Below, one piece after another: positions 24,510 to 36,150 of a DNA stretch of 64,000 nt. Made by a program: the position numbers and the translations under genes. The stretch covers positions 15,624,001 to 15,688,000 of the forward strand of contig NC_043022.1 in the NCBI RefSeq assembly GCF_006345805.1, read 5' to 3'. Numbering within the stretch: position 1 is the stretch's first letter; every line of letters begins with the position of its first letter. Under the pieces are notes generated by a model. It had not been told where the DNA came from. It saw only the letters and a list, made by a program, of their open reading frames with translations, and ran no database searches. This stretch comes from Octopus sinensis. Its lineage: Eukaryota.

Positions 24510-25374
24510 ATTAAGAGAGAACTGGTTGCTAATTCTAGCTGGTCAAGGAATCATGCAAAAACTCCATCATCATCAACATTCAACGTCCATTTTCCATGGG
24601 TTGGACAACTTGACAAGAACTAGCAAGGCCAGGTCCCACACCAGGCTTTGGCACAGTTTCTACAGCTGGATGGATGCCCTTCTTAACACCAACGGCTTTT
24701 CTATGAGGTACCTTTACCAGTCCTTTTTAAGTAGAAAGCACTCCTTTGGCTCAAAGTCACAGAGAGTTAGCAGGAGGGTGGGTGAATCCTAGGGTAAAAC
24801 CAAGAAAATAAGCAGAAGACCAGGGCTCATGTTAAAACACTCATACATCTACCTGACCCCATGGTAAGTAAAAATCAATAAAATAAAGGACTGGAAGAAG
24901 TTTAAGGAGCTGTTGTCTCCAGTGGAAAAGAGAAAGGTCTTCTTCGTTCTTCGTACAAAGGAACTGTATGGGTGTCTGTAAGGTGGGCCCTGATTGAGCA
25001 GACCTACAAACAAAGACGTTCCAATATTGATCATCCCATGCCATGTGGGTTAGAAGCTTGCCTTGAAATCCTTGAGTGGCACTTTGGGCAAGTGTCTTCA
25101 AATTTAGCCCTCGGTCAAGCAATGCCTTGGGAGTGGATTTGTTAGACAGAAACTGTGAGGAATCTCATCATATATATATAAGCCCAAGTGTAGCCAAGAA
25201 GTGCAGGCATGGATGTGTGGTATGAAGTTTGTTTCTTAACTACACGTTCTGGATTCAATCCCACTGCATGCTACCTTGGGCAACTGCCAACTGCTACAAG
25301 CCAGGGTTAATAAAGAGGTCTTGTTAGCAGATTTGATGGACAGAAGGTAAAAGAAACCTCACACACATACACAT

Positions 25375-25658
25375 GCCAGTGCCTCCTAACTGGCCTCTGT
25401 GCTGGTGGCACATAAAAAGCACCATCTGAATGTGGGCGATGCCAATGCTGCCTGACCGGCTCCCGTGCCGGTGGCATATGAAAAGCACCCACTACACTCT
25501 CAGAGTGGTTGGCGTTAGGAAGTGTATCCAGCTGTGGAAAACTTGCCAGATCAGATTGGAACCTGGTGCAGCCTTCTGGTTTGCCAGTCCTCAGTCAAAA
25601 CATCCAACCCATGCCAGCATGGAAAGCGGACATTAAACAGATGATGGTGATGGTGATG
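25375..25658 (+). mobile_element. SINE family C
   Basis: Two gtggcac..aaaagcacc modules, core and (ATG)n tail. Confidence 0.8.
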
Positions 25659-25994
25659 ATACAGATATAGGTACACATATCCACTCTTACCCCATGGACC
25701 AAGTCCTCCATAGAGATTTCAAAGTTTAAGTTCAAATTATTTGTGCTCTACTATGTGTGTTTTCTATATTGAGCTTTTCCAGCTCTCACCTTTGGATTAT
25801 ATATATTATAAAAAAAGCTAAGTAAAAACGCTGTCATCCTTACATAGAGGCTTACCTCTAACAGGTGCTGGGGCCACATAAAATGTACATGTGACGATGC
25901 TATGTAAAAAGCACCTAGTAACTCTGTTCAGTGGTTGGTGCTAGGAAGGGCATCAAGCTGTAAGAACCATGCCAAGACAGACAATTGGTGTCTT

Positions 25995-26205
25995 ATTTGT
26001 TTACTACCCACAAGGGGCTAAACACAGAAAAGTCAAACAAGGACAGACAAAGGGATTAAGTCGATTACATCGTCCCCAGTACGTAACCGAAAGGATGAAA
26101 GGCAAAATCGACCTCGGCGGAATTTGAACTCAGAACGTAACGGCAGACAAAATACCACTAAGCATTTCACCTGGCATGCTAACGATTCTGCCAGCTCGCC
26201 GCCTT
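25995..26205 (-). mobile_element. SINE family B
   Basis: Reverse complement of SINE-B. Confidence 0.8.
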
Positions 26206-26619
26206 AAAACAGACAATTGGTTTCTGACAAGCTCCTGTCAAACCATCCGACCCATGACAGCATGGAAAATGGATGGTGATGATGATGATGAGGAGAACAA
26301 CATGGCTGTATGTTAAGAAGTTTGGTTCCCAACCACATAGCCTTGCACTGACCAAAGCCCTGTGAGTGGATTTGGTATATGGAAACTGAAAGAAGCCTGT
26401 CATACAGATGTGTAGATAGGCGCGCGTGTGTGTGTGTGTGTGTATGTTATTGTCTCCTTGCATGGATATTACGTAATAGCTGCTTGGCCATGGGAAAATA
26501 TTACCCTGTTTGGCAACCAGTGGCAGCTGACCATTGGAATTCAGCCTCAAAAAAGTTTTCTTTAATTGACTTATGTTTTATCTTTATTGATATGGGTCCC
26601 TAAAAAATAAAAAAAATCC

Positions 26620-27330
26620 AGGTTTTGGATCTATCCTGGATATTAAAAAGGCTGAGATCCACCGGTCTAAAGTGTCCTTCCTTTTTCTAAGACAGGACAG
26701 TGTGGTTTGGGTAAACCTGGTAATAATTTCTAGCAGGTTGAGAGTATCTCGTATGAAGTGGGGGTGTTTGTGGGGACAGTGATAGGGGATGAAAATGGAT
26801 GACACCTGTTGATGGTAATAACAATAATTGAGCTGGAGACCAGTTGGGATTATGATCACAGGTGGGCCAGACATGACCTTCCTGACAGCAGAGAGGGACC
26901 TGAAGGTGATTTGGCTGATAATTCTAGGAGGTTGAGTTTATGTGAAGAAGCACCTTTAGGGGTGTTGACGGTTGAAGGAACAAGAAAAATAAGGGAAAGG
27001 AAACGGTGAGGTTGACAGGAGAGGATTTCAGGATGGGGGGTAGAAAGGTGAGATGAGAGAATGATTCAAGAGTGACTTGGCTGCTGATTCTAGGAGGTCG
27101 AGTTTTCGTGAAGAAGCACCTTTAGGGGTGTTGACAGTTGAAGGAGCAAGGAAGATACGAGAAGGAAATGGTGAGGTCGGTAGGAGCGGTTTTCCGGATG
27201 GTGAGCCACATGGGTGGAGAGGTGTGATGGCACAGGACTGCGAGATGTGACATGTGGTACTAGAGATCCATTTAGCTGGTGTCAGTGTGGGATGGGGGAT
27301 AAACGGATGTTGAAACAAAGATGATAACGA
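26620..27330 (-). mobile_element. Probable degraded LINE remnant with an internal ~167-bp tandem duplication
   Basis: TLDRWISAFLISR resembles the CR1-type RT segment L.WI.SFL..R; gaagaagcacctttaggggtgttgac at ~26944 and ~27110. Confidence 0.35.
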
Positions 27331-28286
27331 AGAAGACAATAATGAGAATATGCAGTCGTTTCGAGTCTCTTGTATACGAGAGTACTAAAAACTAACTTGT
27401 AAAGGGAGACAATTTCAAAACAATTATATATATCTATATACATTAAGGAAATATATGTGTGTATATGTATATAAAGAGAGACTATAAAACGTGTGTGTGT
27501 ATATATATCAACTAGTTGAGTTTGAAGTTACCACTATAGAAGGTTTATCTCGAACTTGGAGTAGGTATATAGAAGTATATAAATGTGTATGTATAAAGAC
27601 ATATGTGGACAGACTCTGCATGAGAAGATAACCACTATGTGAGTGTGTGTATATATATGTATATATATTTATCTATCAACTAGTTGAATTTGGAGTTAGC
27701 ATTAAAGAAGGTTCATCTTGGTTTCACCAATCTATCCTTGTCCACCGCAAATCAAGATTTTTCCTTAATTCACCTGAAACAGAAAACATTTACCAAGAGG
27801 GGGGGGGGGCAAAAATTTTCCCTCCCCCCCAAAAAACCAGACCCGATAAACAGCAGTAAGAAACCAACGAAAAACTCATCAATATAAACGCATACATACG
27901 TAAAAACACATTATACATCGTGGGTGTGTGTGTGTATAAAGTACATGTTATTTACAAGACGATAAAAGGGGAGTGGGGAAAAGACAAACAAACAAACAAA
28001 AAAAATAAAATAACAGTGTAAGCATAAATAAAATTGTTGAACTTCTTTCAAACTCAGATAATTTACAATTTTTGAACAAACTGTTTAAAAAGATGCTGCA
28101 TTAACACAAGCTTTCAGAATACACACAGGTGTTAAACAATACCTGTACAGGTGTGTATGTGTGTGTGTATGACTGTGAATGCATGTGTGTTTGTGTGTGT
28201 GTGTGTGTGTGTGTATGGATGCATATGAACAATGTGTATAAATATCCAAATTTATATACGCATGTAAGTGCATGCGTACCATACAC

Positions 28287-28326
<40 letters not shown>

Positions 28327-28480
28327 ACACACAAGCATGTATGTGTTTAAATGTGTGCATGTATATATATATATATATAAGTATAATGTATGTTTATAGA
28401 TGTGTATCTATGTATGTATGTATATATATATATACAAACACACATGTGTTTAAATGTGTGTGCATATATATATATATATA

Positions 28481-29475
28481 TAGGTATAATGTGTACTTAT
28501 AGATGTGTATTTATACATGTATATACATACATATATATATATATATATATATGATGTATATAGATGTATAGGTAGATGGGTGTAAGTATGATGTTATGCA
28601 TGTACATTGATGTCATTTGAGAGTGTGTGTATGTTCAGAGTGTGTATAGATGTATATATGTGCATGTGAGTATATACATATATATATATATGCTATGCAT
28701 ATATTTACACATATACATATATAATGTTATGTATTTATAAATACATATAATGTAGATGTATGTGTACATAAATATATTTATGTATGTGTATATATCTATA
28801 TATATGCATGTGTGTATATGTGAAGATACATATGTATGTGTGTGTGTGTATATCAACATGTGTTTATGTACACACACATATATATATATATACATGTACA
28901 TTACATATATATAAAGTATGCACGTAGATGTATGTATGTGTATGTATATATATCTGTGTATGTATATATGTAGGTATGTATCTATGTATGATGCTATGCA
29001 TGTATATAGATGTACATGTGTGTGTATATATGTAGGTATGTATGATGTTATGTATGTATGTATTTGGATGTGGTGTGTATATATACACATACACGCAGTA
29101 TTGATAACGTAAGAAATACCATTCCAGTAAGGTTTACCGTTTTACAAAACGTTGCAGGTTCTTTTTCTTCTTTTCCGTCTTCAGTTTTAGATTTTTTCCC
29201 AGAATCTTTCTTTATACATGTTTTTTAATGATTTGCAGTTTTCTTTTGTTTTTTTTTTTCAACTTTTTTTTTTTTACTTTTGTTTGTTTACCAGGAGTTG
29301 GGGGGTGGGGGACAGGGGAAGGGACATTTGTTTTTGCACAAAGATAAGGAAGAAGGGACTTTTTTTTTTTTTTTACTCTTTTCTGTTTTGTTTACAAGTT
29401 TTGTTTTGTGATTTTATATATATATATTATATATAGGTATAATGTGTACTTATAGATGTGTATTTATACATGTAT

Positions 29476-29515
<40 letters not shown>

Positions 29516-30390
29516 TATATAGATGTATAGGTAGATGGGTGTAAGTATGATGTTATGCATGTACATTGATGTCATTTGAGAGTGTGTGTATGTTCAGAGT
29601 GTGTATAGATGTATATATGTGCATGTGAGTATATACATATATATATATATGCTATGCATATATTTACACATATACATATATAATGTTATGTATTTATAAA
29701 TACATATGATGTAGATGTATGTGTACATAAATATATTTATGTATGTGTATATATCTATATATATGCATGTGTGTATATGTGAAGATACATATGTATGTGT
29801 GTGTGTGTATATCAACATGTGTTTATGTACACACACATATATATATATATACATGTACATTACATATATATAAAGTATGCACATAGATGTATGTATGTGT
29901 ATGTATATATATCTGTGTATGTATATATGTAGGTATGTATCTATGTATGATGCTATGCATGTATATAGATGTACATGTGTGTGTATATATGTAGGTATGT
30001 ATGATGTTATGTATGTATGTATTTGGATGTGGTGTGTATATATACACATACACGCAGTATTGATAACGTAAGAAATACCATTCCAGTAAGGTTTACCGTT
30101 TTACAAAACGTTGCAGGTTCTTTTTCTTCTTTTCCGTCTTCAGTTTTAGATTTTTTCCCAGAATCTTTCTTTATACATGTTTTTTAATGATTTGCAGTTT
30201 TCTTTTGTTTTTTTTTTTCAACTTTTTTTTTTTTTACTTTTGTTTGTTTACCAGGAGTTGGGGGGTGGGGGACAGGGGAAGGGACATTTGTTTTTGCACA
30301 AAGATAAGGAAGAAGGGACTTTTTTTTTTTTTTTACTCTTTTCTGTTTTGTTTACAAGTTTTGTTTTGTGATTTTATATATATATATTAT
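28481..30390. repeat. Near-identical tandem duplication (~955 bp x2) of the region directly 3' of SIN1
   Basis: 28481-29430 vs 29434-30390; differ only by TA-run lengths and a few substitutions (cacgta/cacata, tataatg/tatgatg). Confidence 0.95.
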
Positions 30391-30422
30391 TATTATTATT
30401 ATTCTTTTTTTTTAATTATTTA

Positions 30423-32132
30423 TTATTTGGAATGCATTTTTTTAAGTTTCTTCCCTCGAGACGCCAAATATGTTTTTCGGACTTGGCTAAGTAGAAGATT
30501 TAAAATGTTATTCACTTTCTGAATTATCTCTTTTGCTACAGCGTGGTCTGCCTCAAAATCGTAATGTCTGTAGTCATGACCAGCAAAACAGATCAAACGG
30601 AATATACTTTTACCGTTTGATTTCTCTTCGAGCAGGTCGCAGGCAGCGATCATGTCTGCCTCATAAGTCACAGCCTTCTGACGAAAAAACAACGCAGTAC
30701 CCTTACTGGCTACTGGGTCGATCTCGACCTTTTCACCGCTTACCCCTAAGTGTACCTCGGTGTTGATGCGAAGCCGCTGCACCAAGTTCACAATGTAGCT
30801 TTTGTATTGAGGACTCATGAAGGTGGTCGCCATGTCGTTTGAGTCCTGGAAGTCGATTTCTTCTATCTCGCCCCGAGTGCTATGTTCGCGGACAAGACAG
30901 AAATCGAAATTGTCCAGATTTGAAAGAAGTGTGTCTAAGTCGACAGAAACACCCGCTTCCTTCTGTTTCTCAAGAATATAGTTCATTCCTGGCAACAGTT
31001 TGATTTTCCTCTTCTTCAACACTTTGGTGAGAATGTCTCGCAGAGGTTTCGTCAAATCCTCCTCCTGGAACTTGTGGAAGCCCCGATTCGGTACGTTCAC
31101 TGTAATGATAACGGAATTCTTCATTGGGGGTGATGGTTCTTCGAGTTCCACTAAGGCAAGCTTACTGAAGCCGAATTTCGATACGGGTTCCCGGTTGTCC
31201 AAACTTGGAAAGTCCATGTCGACCTCTCCATCGTCTTCTGCGATATGCAGGCTGTACATGGAGGCGTTATCCTTGAGAGCAGGTTCTCGTCCCTCGTTGG
31301 TATACTGCCAACATATCAAACCGATTAATTCATGAACTTTGGCGTTAACAACAACTACCACATGCATAGGAAAACCGCGGTCTTTAGGCAAGGCCATAGT
31401 AAGAAAAATGTCTATTTTCTTGGTGGGTACCACAATCTGAGCTTTACCATCGTATTTAGCATAATCTAGAAAAGGGTTGGACATGATTCCTGTAGAGGTT
31501 TGCAATTGCTGAGCAAGCAGAGAAGATGCAGCCTTGTGGAGACTGGTTTTCGTCGGCAAAGGAATTGGTTTTTTCTCAAACATGTCATCGTGATCGTCGT
31601 CAGGATTGAAATGGCCCGGAGTCGTCCGCCACGATATGTGCGTCACTTTCACCTGCTTTCGTTTCTCTTTCTTCATCCTTTCCAATCGTTGGGCAGTGTT
31701 CGATCTGCGTCGATGAGCTCCGTAATCCATATCTGGCATTATGTCATACGAACGACACAAATCGCCGCCGTCGTCTAGATCAAACAGACAACCGTCAACA
31801 CCGCCATCGTGGTTCGAATGGATGTATCGCGCTGTTGTTGTTGTTGTTGTTGCTGCTGTTGCTGCTGTCGGCGTCGTCGTCGACGTCGTTGTCGTTGTCG
31901 TCGTCGACGACGACGAAGGGGTCCCGCGACCCCCGCCGCTGCTTTCACCGCCACCACCGCCACCGCCGCCGCCGCCGTCGCCCTCGGCATTCCACCACAA
32001 GGGGCGTTTTTCTTGCGCCTTCTCCTGTTCTTCGCCTTCGATAATCATCTCGTACATTCCGGTATTGTCGCTGGTGATAAAAGAGTTCCGGATATGCGAG
32101 ATCAAAAAAACATAGTCGTCCATCATGGCCAT
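30423..32132 (-). CDS. MAPKAP1: Target of rapamycin complex 2 subunit SIN1 (MAPKAP1), 569 aa, single uninterrupted ORF
   Basis: N-terminus HIRNSFITSDNTGMYEM is colinear with HIRQSHVTSDDTGMCEM of human SIN1; RRRSNTAQRLER (T146 = human T86 site); CRIM domain LIGLICWQY...LHIAEDDGEVDMDFPSLD...KFGFSKLALVE; RBD (LEKQ...VDLD...FCLVRE); PH domain (RLR...LGVSGEKVEIDPV...ACDLLEEK...HDYRH); ATG at 32132, TAA at 30423. Confidence 0.97.
   Translation of the reverse strand: MAMMDDYVFLISHIRNSFITSDNTGMYEMIIEGEEQEKAQEKRPLWWNAEGDGGGGGGGGGGESSGGGRGTPSSSSTTTTTTTSTTTPTAATAATTTTTTARYIHSNHDGGVDGCLFDLDDGGDLCRSYDIMPDMDYGAHRRRSNTAQRLERMKKEKRKQVKVTHISWRTTPGHFNPDDDHDDMFEKKPIPLPTKTSLHKAASSLLAQQLQTSTGIMSNPFLDYAKYDGKAQIVVPTKKIDIFLTMALPKDRGFPMHVVVVVNAKVHELIGLICWQYTNEGREPALKDNASMYSLHIAEDDGEVDMDFPSLDNREPVSKFGFSKLALVELEEPSPPMKNSVIITVNVPNRGFHKFQEEDLTKPLRDILTKVLKKRKIKLLPGMNYILEKQKEAGVSVDLDTLLSNLDNFDFCLVREHSTRGEIEEIDFQDSNDMATTFMSPQYKSYIVNLVQRLRINTEVHLGVSGEKVEIDPVASKGTALFFRQKAVTYEADMIAACDLLEEKSNGKSIFRLICFAGHDYRHYDFEADHAVAKEIIQKVNNILNLLLSQVRKTYLASRGKKLKKMHSK
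31833..31982 (-). repeat. In-frame trinucleotide expansions (poly-Gly, poly-Ser/Thr) within the SIN1 N-terminal linker
   Basis: (GGC/GGT)n, (ACG)n and (ACA)n tracts encode residues ~51-100 without breaking the frame. Confidence 0.9.
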
Positions 32133-33419
32133 GTTTTTGTAGTGAATAATAAATGTTTATTGTTTGTTGTTGTTGTTGCTTCTGTTTCTGTTGGTGTCTA
32201 CCCCCCAGCTTTACAAAAAATTGCGGGTCCGTCGGAGTTTGCGTGTTTGTGTGACCCTGTGTATGTGTGTGTTGTGTGTTTGGTTTGGTTTGGCGTTTTT
32301 TTTTTTCTGGTCAAGGTTTTTACTTTAGGGGGTTTGGGTTTCGGGGGGGCGGGGCGGGGGAGGGAAAGGGCTTATGTCGTGTTATGTTTTGTTCTTTCTG
32401 TCTTTTTTTTTCCTCCTCCTCCTCTTCTTTTTCTTCTTCTTCTTCTTGTGTTGGCCGACTACGGTAGATTTTTTGTACAATTTCGCATCACATTTTGTGT
32501 AAGCATGCATGAAGTTCAATCCTGGTGTTTCGGTTGTTTTGCGAAGGTGTAGAAGAAGGAAAGGTGAGAGAGAGGGTTCTGAATGGGTTGCGGGTGACGG
32601 AGGGGCCGGAGTCGCGCGAGCACAGACCCCTTTTCAAGGTAGAAAAACATTTATAGATTCACATACATAGATACATATACACACACATATATATAACTAT
32701 GTATATATATATATATCATATATATATACACATAAAAAAAACAGACAGACCTACAGATAATAAAATGATGTTAGCCCAGATGCATCGTAATTAATGTCTT
32801 ATAATTATGAATATGAGAAAAATAGGGATAAATGTCTAGAGTTAATGCACGGACAGTCAGAGCGGCAGGTGAGGTAGAGACGACGGCTGGGTTTGATCGC
32901 GGTCGGGGACGACCGCCTTGGGGCGAAAATGCCATTTTCCCTTCTTATTAAATTGTCTATTATATATATATATACATATATATATATGTATATATATATA
33001 TGTATGGGAACGACGGACACACTCCCAGACACACACACTATATATATATATAGATATATATATATATGTATATATATATCTATAGATATATATATGTATA
33101 GATATATATAATCAGAGAATCATATGAACTTCACCTGCCCCCAGTGAATATTCTTTGTGTGTTTTTGGCAATTTCTTTTCTTTTTCTAGACGATATAATA
33201 ATAATATTAATAATAATAATAGTAATAATAATGATAAAAATGGTAATAATTAAAGACAACGTACCCCTCCTTTTCTGATTAGTACAGGAGCGGGAGCCTG
33301 TATACACAACATGCAGGAGAGAATATATATATATACGATCACATCAGACATACATATATATATATATATTGTGTGTGTGTGTATATATATGTATTTATAT
33401 AACATATATGTATGTGTGT

Positions 33420-33880
33420 GTATACATGTACATCAGATAATCACGAATTGTATATGCAACATACATACACTGAACAGCATATATATATATATGTGTGTGT
33501 GTGTATATATATATATGTGTGTGTGTGTATATATATGTGTGTGTATATATATATATGTGTGTGTATATATGTCTGTATATATATATGTGTGTATATATAT
33601 GTGTGTATATATATATGTGTGTGTATTTATATGTACATCAGATCAGCACGAATTGTATATGCAACATACATACACTCAGCAACATATATATATATGTGTA
33701 TATATATATATATGTGTGTATATATATATATGTGTATATATATATGTGTGTGTATATGTGTGTGTTTATATATTTATGTGTGTGTATATATATATATATG
33801 TGTGTGTATGTGTATATATGTACATCAGATCAGCACGAATTGTATATGAAACATACATACACTCAACAACATATATATAT
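33420..33880. repeat. Three copies of a ~190-200-bp unit anchored by acatcagatcagcacgaattgtatatgcaacatacatacactc in TA/TG microsatellite
   Basis: Anchor at ~33429, ~33636, ~33822. Confidence 0.85.
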
Positions 33881-34690
33881 ATATATATATGTGTCTGTTT
33901 GTATATATATATATGTGTCTGTATATATGTATATATATATCTGTGTGTGTATATATGTATGTATATGTGTGTATGTGTATGTATATATATCCAGGGAATA
34001 GCAGTCTCAAGTAATTCGACTGTACCAATAGTAATTGTTGCAGCTCATAGCAAGGCCGCCCGTCTTCTCGATTGTTCCGGGTGGGTAGCAGAAGAATGGT
34101 CCACGACGGTGCTCTGCTCCTCTCAAGAAGACGGAAGAAGGCAGGAAGGAAGGTTCTTCTTGCTCTTTCACTCGTCGTCGTCGTCTTATTATCATCAAAC
34201 AAGGGCGAACCGGAGTGAATCAGGTGTAAATAAAAAAAAAAAAAGAAGAAGAAGAAGAAGAGGGGGCAAAACAGAAAATAATTATAAAAAGGAAGAATCC
34301 ACCACGGCCACCACCGCCAAACGTCGTCTTCGTCAAAAACTCGCACCTTTCCCTGCCATTGAGAATTTTTTTTTTTTTTTTTTGGTGGTTTTTCGTTAAT
34401 TTTTGGTGGTGTTATTTTTTTTGTGCTTGTTTTTATATATATTTGTTGGTTTTTGTTTTTTTTATTTATTTATTTGTCGTTTTCCTCCTCCTCCTCCTCC
34501 TCCTTCTCTTCCGAAAGCGGAACTCTTGTGCGTTGTGAAACTACGAAGAGCGGCTGCGCAGTGCGGCTGCTTCCCTCAACTGAAGAGACTCGCAGTCTTT
34601 TTTTTTTTTATTATTTGTTTTTGCTTCTTCTTTTTCTTGTTGTTTTTGTTGCCTTTTTTTTTGGGGGGGGGGGTTATTTATTAAAAAAAA

Positions 34691-35280
34691 TTTTGTCGAG
34701 CTGTGGCCATGCTGGGGCACCGAAATTTTTTAAAATAAATTTTTATTTATATTTTTTTTTAATTATTTGTATTTGCTTCTGTTTGTTGTTTTTTTGTTGC
34801 TTTTTTTTTGGGGGGGGGGGTTGGTTTTTATTTATTTATTAAAATTTTGTCTAGTTTCAGCTCACGAGCTGTGGCCATGCTGGGGCACCGCAATTTTTTT
34901 TTTTTTTATTTTTATTATATTTTAAAAAAATTATTTGTATTTGCTTCTGTTTTGTTTTTTTTGTTGCTTTTTTGGGGGGGGGGGTTGGTTTTTATTTATT
35001 TATTAAAATTTTGTCTAGTTTCAGCTCACGAGCTGTGGCCATGCTGGGGCACCGCAATTTTTATTTTTTTATTTTTATTTATATTTTAAAAAAATTATTT
35101 GTATTTGCTTCTGTTTTGTTTTTTTTGTTGCTTTTTTGGGGGGTGGGGGTTTGGTTTTTGTTTTTATTTATTTTTTATAATTTTGTCTAGTTTCAGCTCA
35201 CGAGCTGTGGCCATGCTGGGGCACAGCCATTTAAAAAATTTTTTATTTATTTTTTATTTATATTTAAAAAATTTTTTTTG
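34691..35280 (-). repeat. Four tandem ~160-170-bp units, each with a CR1-like LINE 3'-tail fragment plus homopolymer runs
   Basis: ctagtttcagctcacgagctgtggccatgctggggcacc at 34851, 35015, 35187 and partial at 34691; matches the tail at 6772-6812. Confidence 0.85.
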
Positions 35281-35498
35281 GAGTCGAAGCATTTTTCAGA
35301 CTTTTTTTTCTTCTCTACATTTTCCAGGGGAACAGCAAAAATACTTTTTCGTAGTCAAAAATAAAAATAAAAATAAAAAAACAAAAATAAAAGCAATAAT
35401 GAGTGAATCGACTGACACTGAAATACTATGTTGTGGGTATCTGCAAGAAACATGCATATATCTATACATATCATATTATATATATACACATATATGCA

Positions 35499-35965
35499 TA
35501 CTTTGATACTTTGATACTTTGATAGGTTTCGGCCATTATTGGCCCAGGCCATGTCTAACTTAATAGCACCACCTGGTGAAGTCTTTCAAGTCAGAATTTG
35601 GGCACTATGGCCCACTCAAGTAGAGAGTTATTGTTTACAGAGACATATCCGGGTGTAGGGGGTTTATCCGGGATTTCTTGAAGGAATCTGTCCAAAGACT
35701 TCTTGAACCCTATAGGGTCAGTTTCTGTTTTAATGTGTTTTGGTGTAATGTTAAAGAGGGAGGGGCCAATTGAGGTGAAATAATTGTGCCGTATTGTTCT
35801 TATGAGATGAGAGTGCGATTTTTGTTTTGGGCGGATGGCACGGGGCCCAAGCCTTGGATGTACCTTAAAGGTGATGCCAACATCATTTGGGCAATGCTGA
35901 TGGAATATTTTCCACATCATGCAGATGATGTAGCGCTCACGACGACGTTGGAGAGAATAGAGTTT
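35499..35965 (-). mobile_element. 3' end of a CR1/L2-like LINE (RT C-terminus, 3' UTR, 8-bp tandem tail)
   Basis: FTSIGPSLFNITPKHIK...FKKSLDRFLQEIPDKPPTPGYVSVNNNSL; (GTATCAAA)x3 tail at 35499-35524. Confidence 0.85.
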
Positions 35966-36007
35966 TAGCTTTTCTAGTCGACCCCAATATATATATATAT
36001 ATGCATA

Positions 36008-36050
<43 letters not shown>

Positions 36051-36118
36051 ATATATGCATATGCATATATATATATATATATATATAATATATATATATA
36101 TATATGCATATGCATATG

Positions 36119-36149
<31 letters not shown>

Positions 36150-36150
36150 G

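Larger units (their letters stand above)
31700..35300. promoter_or_regulatory. CpG-rich, low-complexity island covering the SIN1 5' end and upstream region (probable promoter/5' UTR)
   Basis: CpG-dense patches at 32580-32630, 32850-32930, 34000-34340 and 34510-34600 against a CpG-poor background; G-run cluster at 32328-32370. Confidence 0.5.

Noticed and set aside
27352-27390. Hairpin followed by GAAACGAC on the minus strand
   Set aside because: CUGANGA half of the core is absent.
28085-30071. Many Y/I/C/V/H/T-rich ORFs (also 33311-34399, 40999-41336, 42974-43545, 48677-50793)
   Set aside because: Translations of (TA)n, (TG)n and (CA)n microsatellites.
33990-34200. Minus-strand frame ...MSCNNYYWYSRIT-TGA-DCYSL as a selenocysteine candidate
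   Set aside because: No selenoprotein motif or SECIS recognised; more likely UTR/promoter island sequence.
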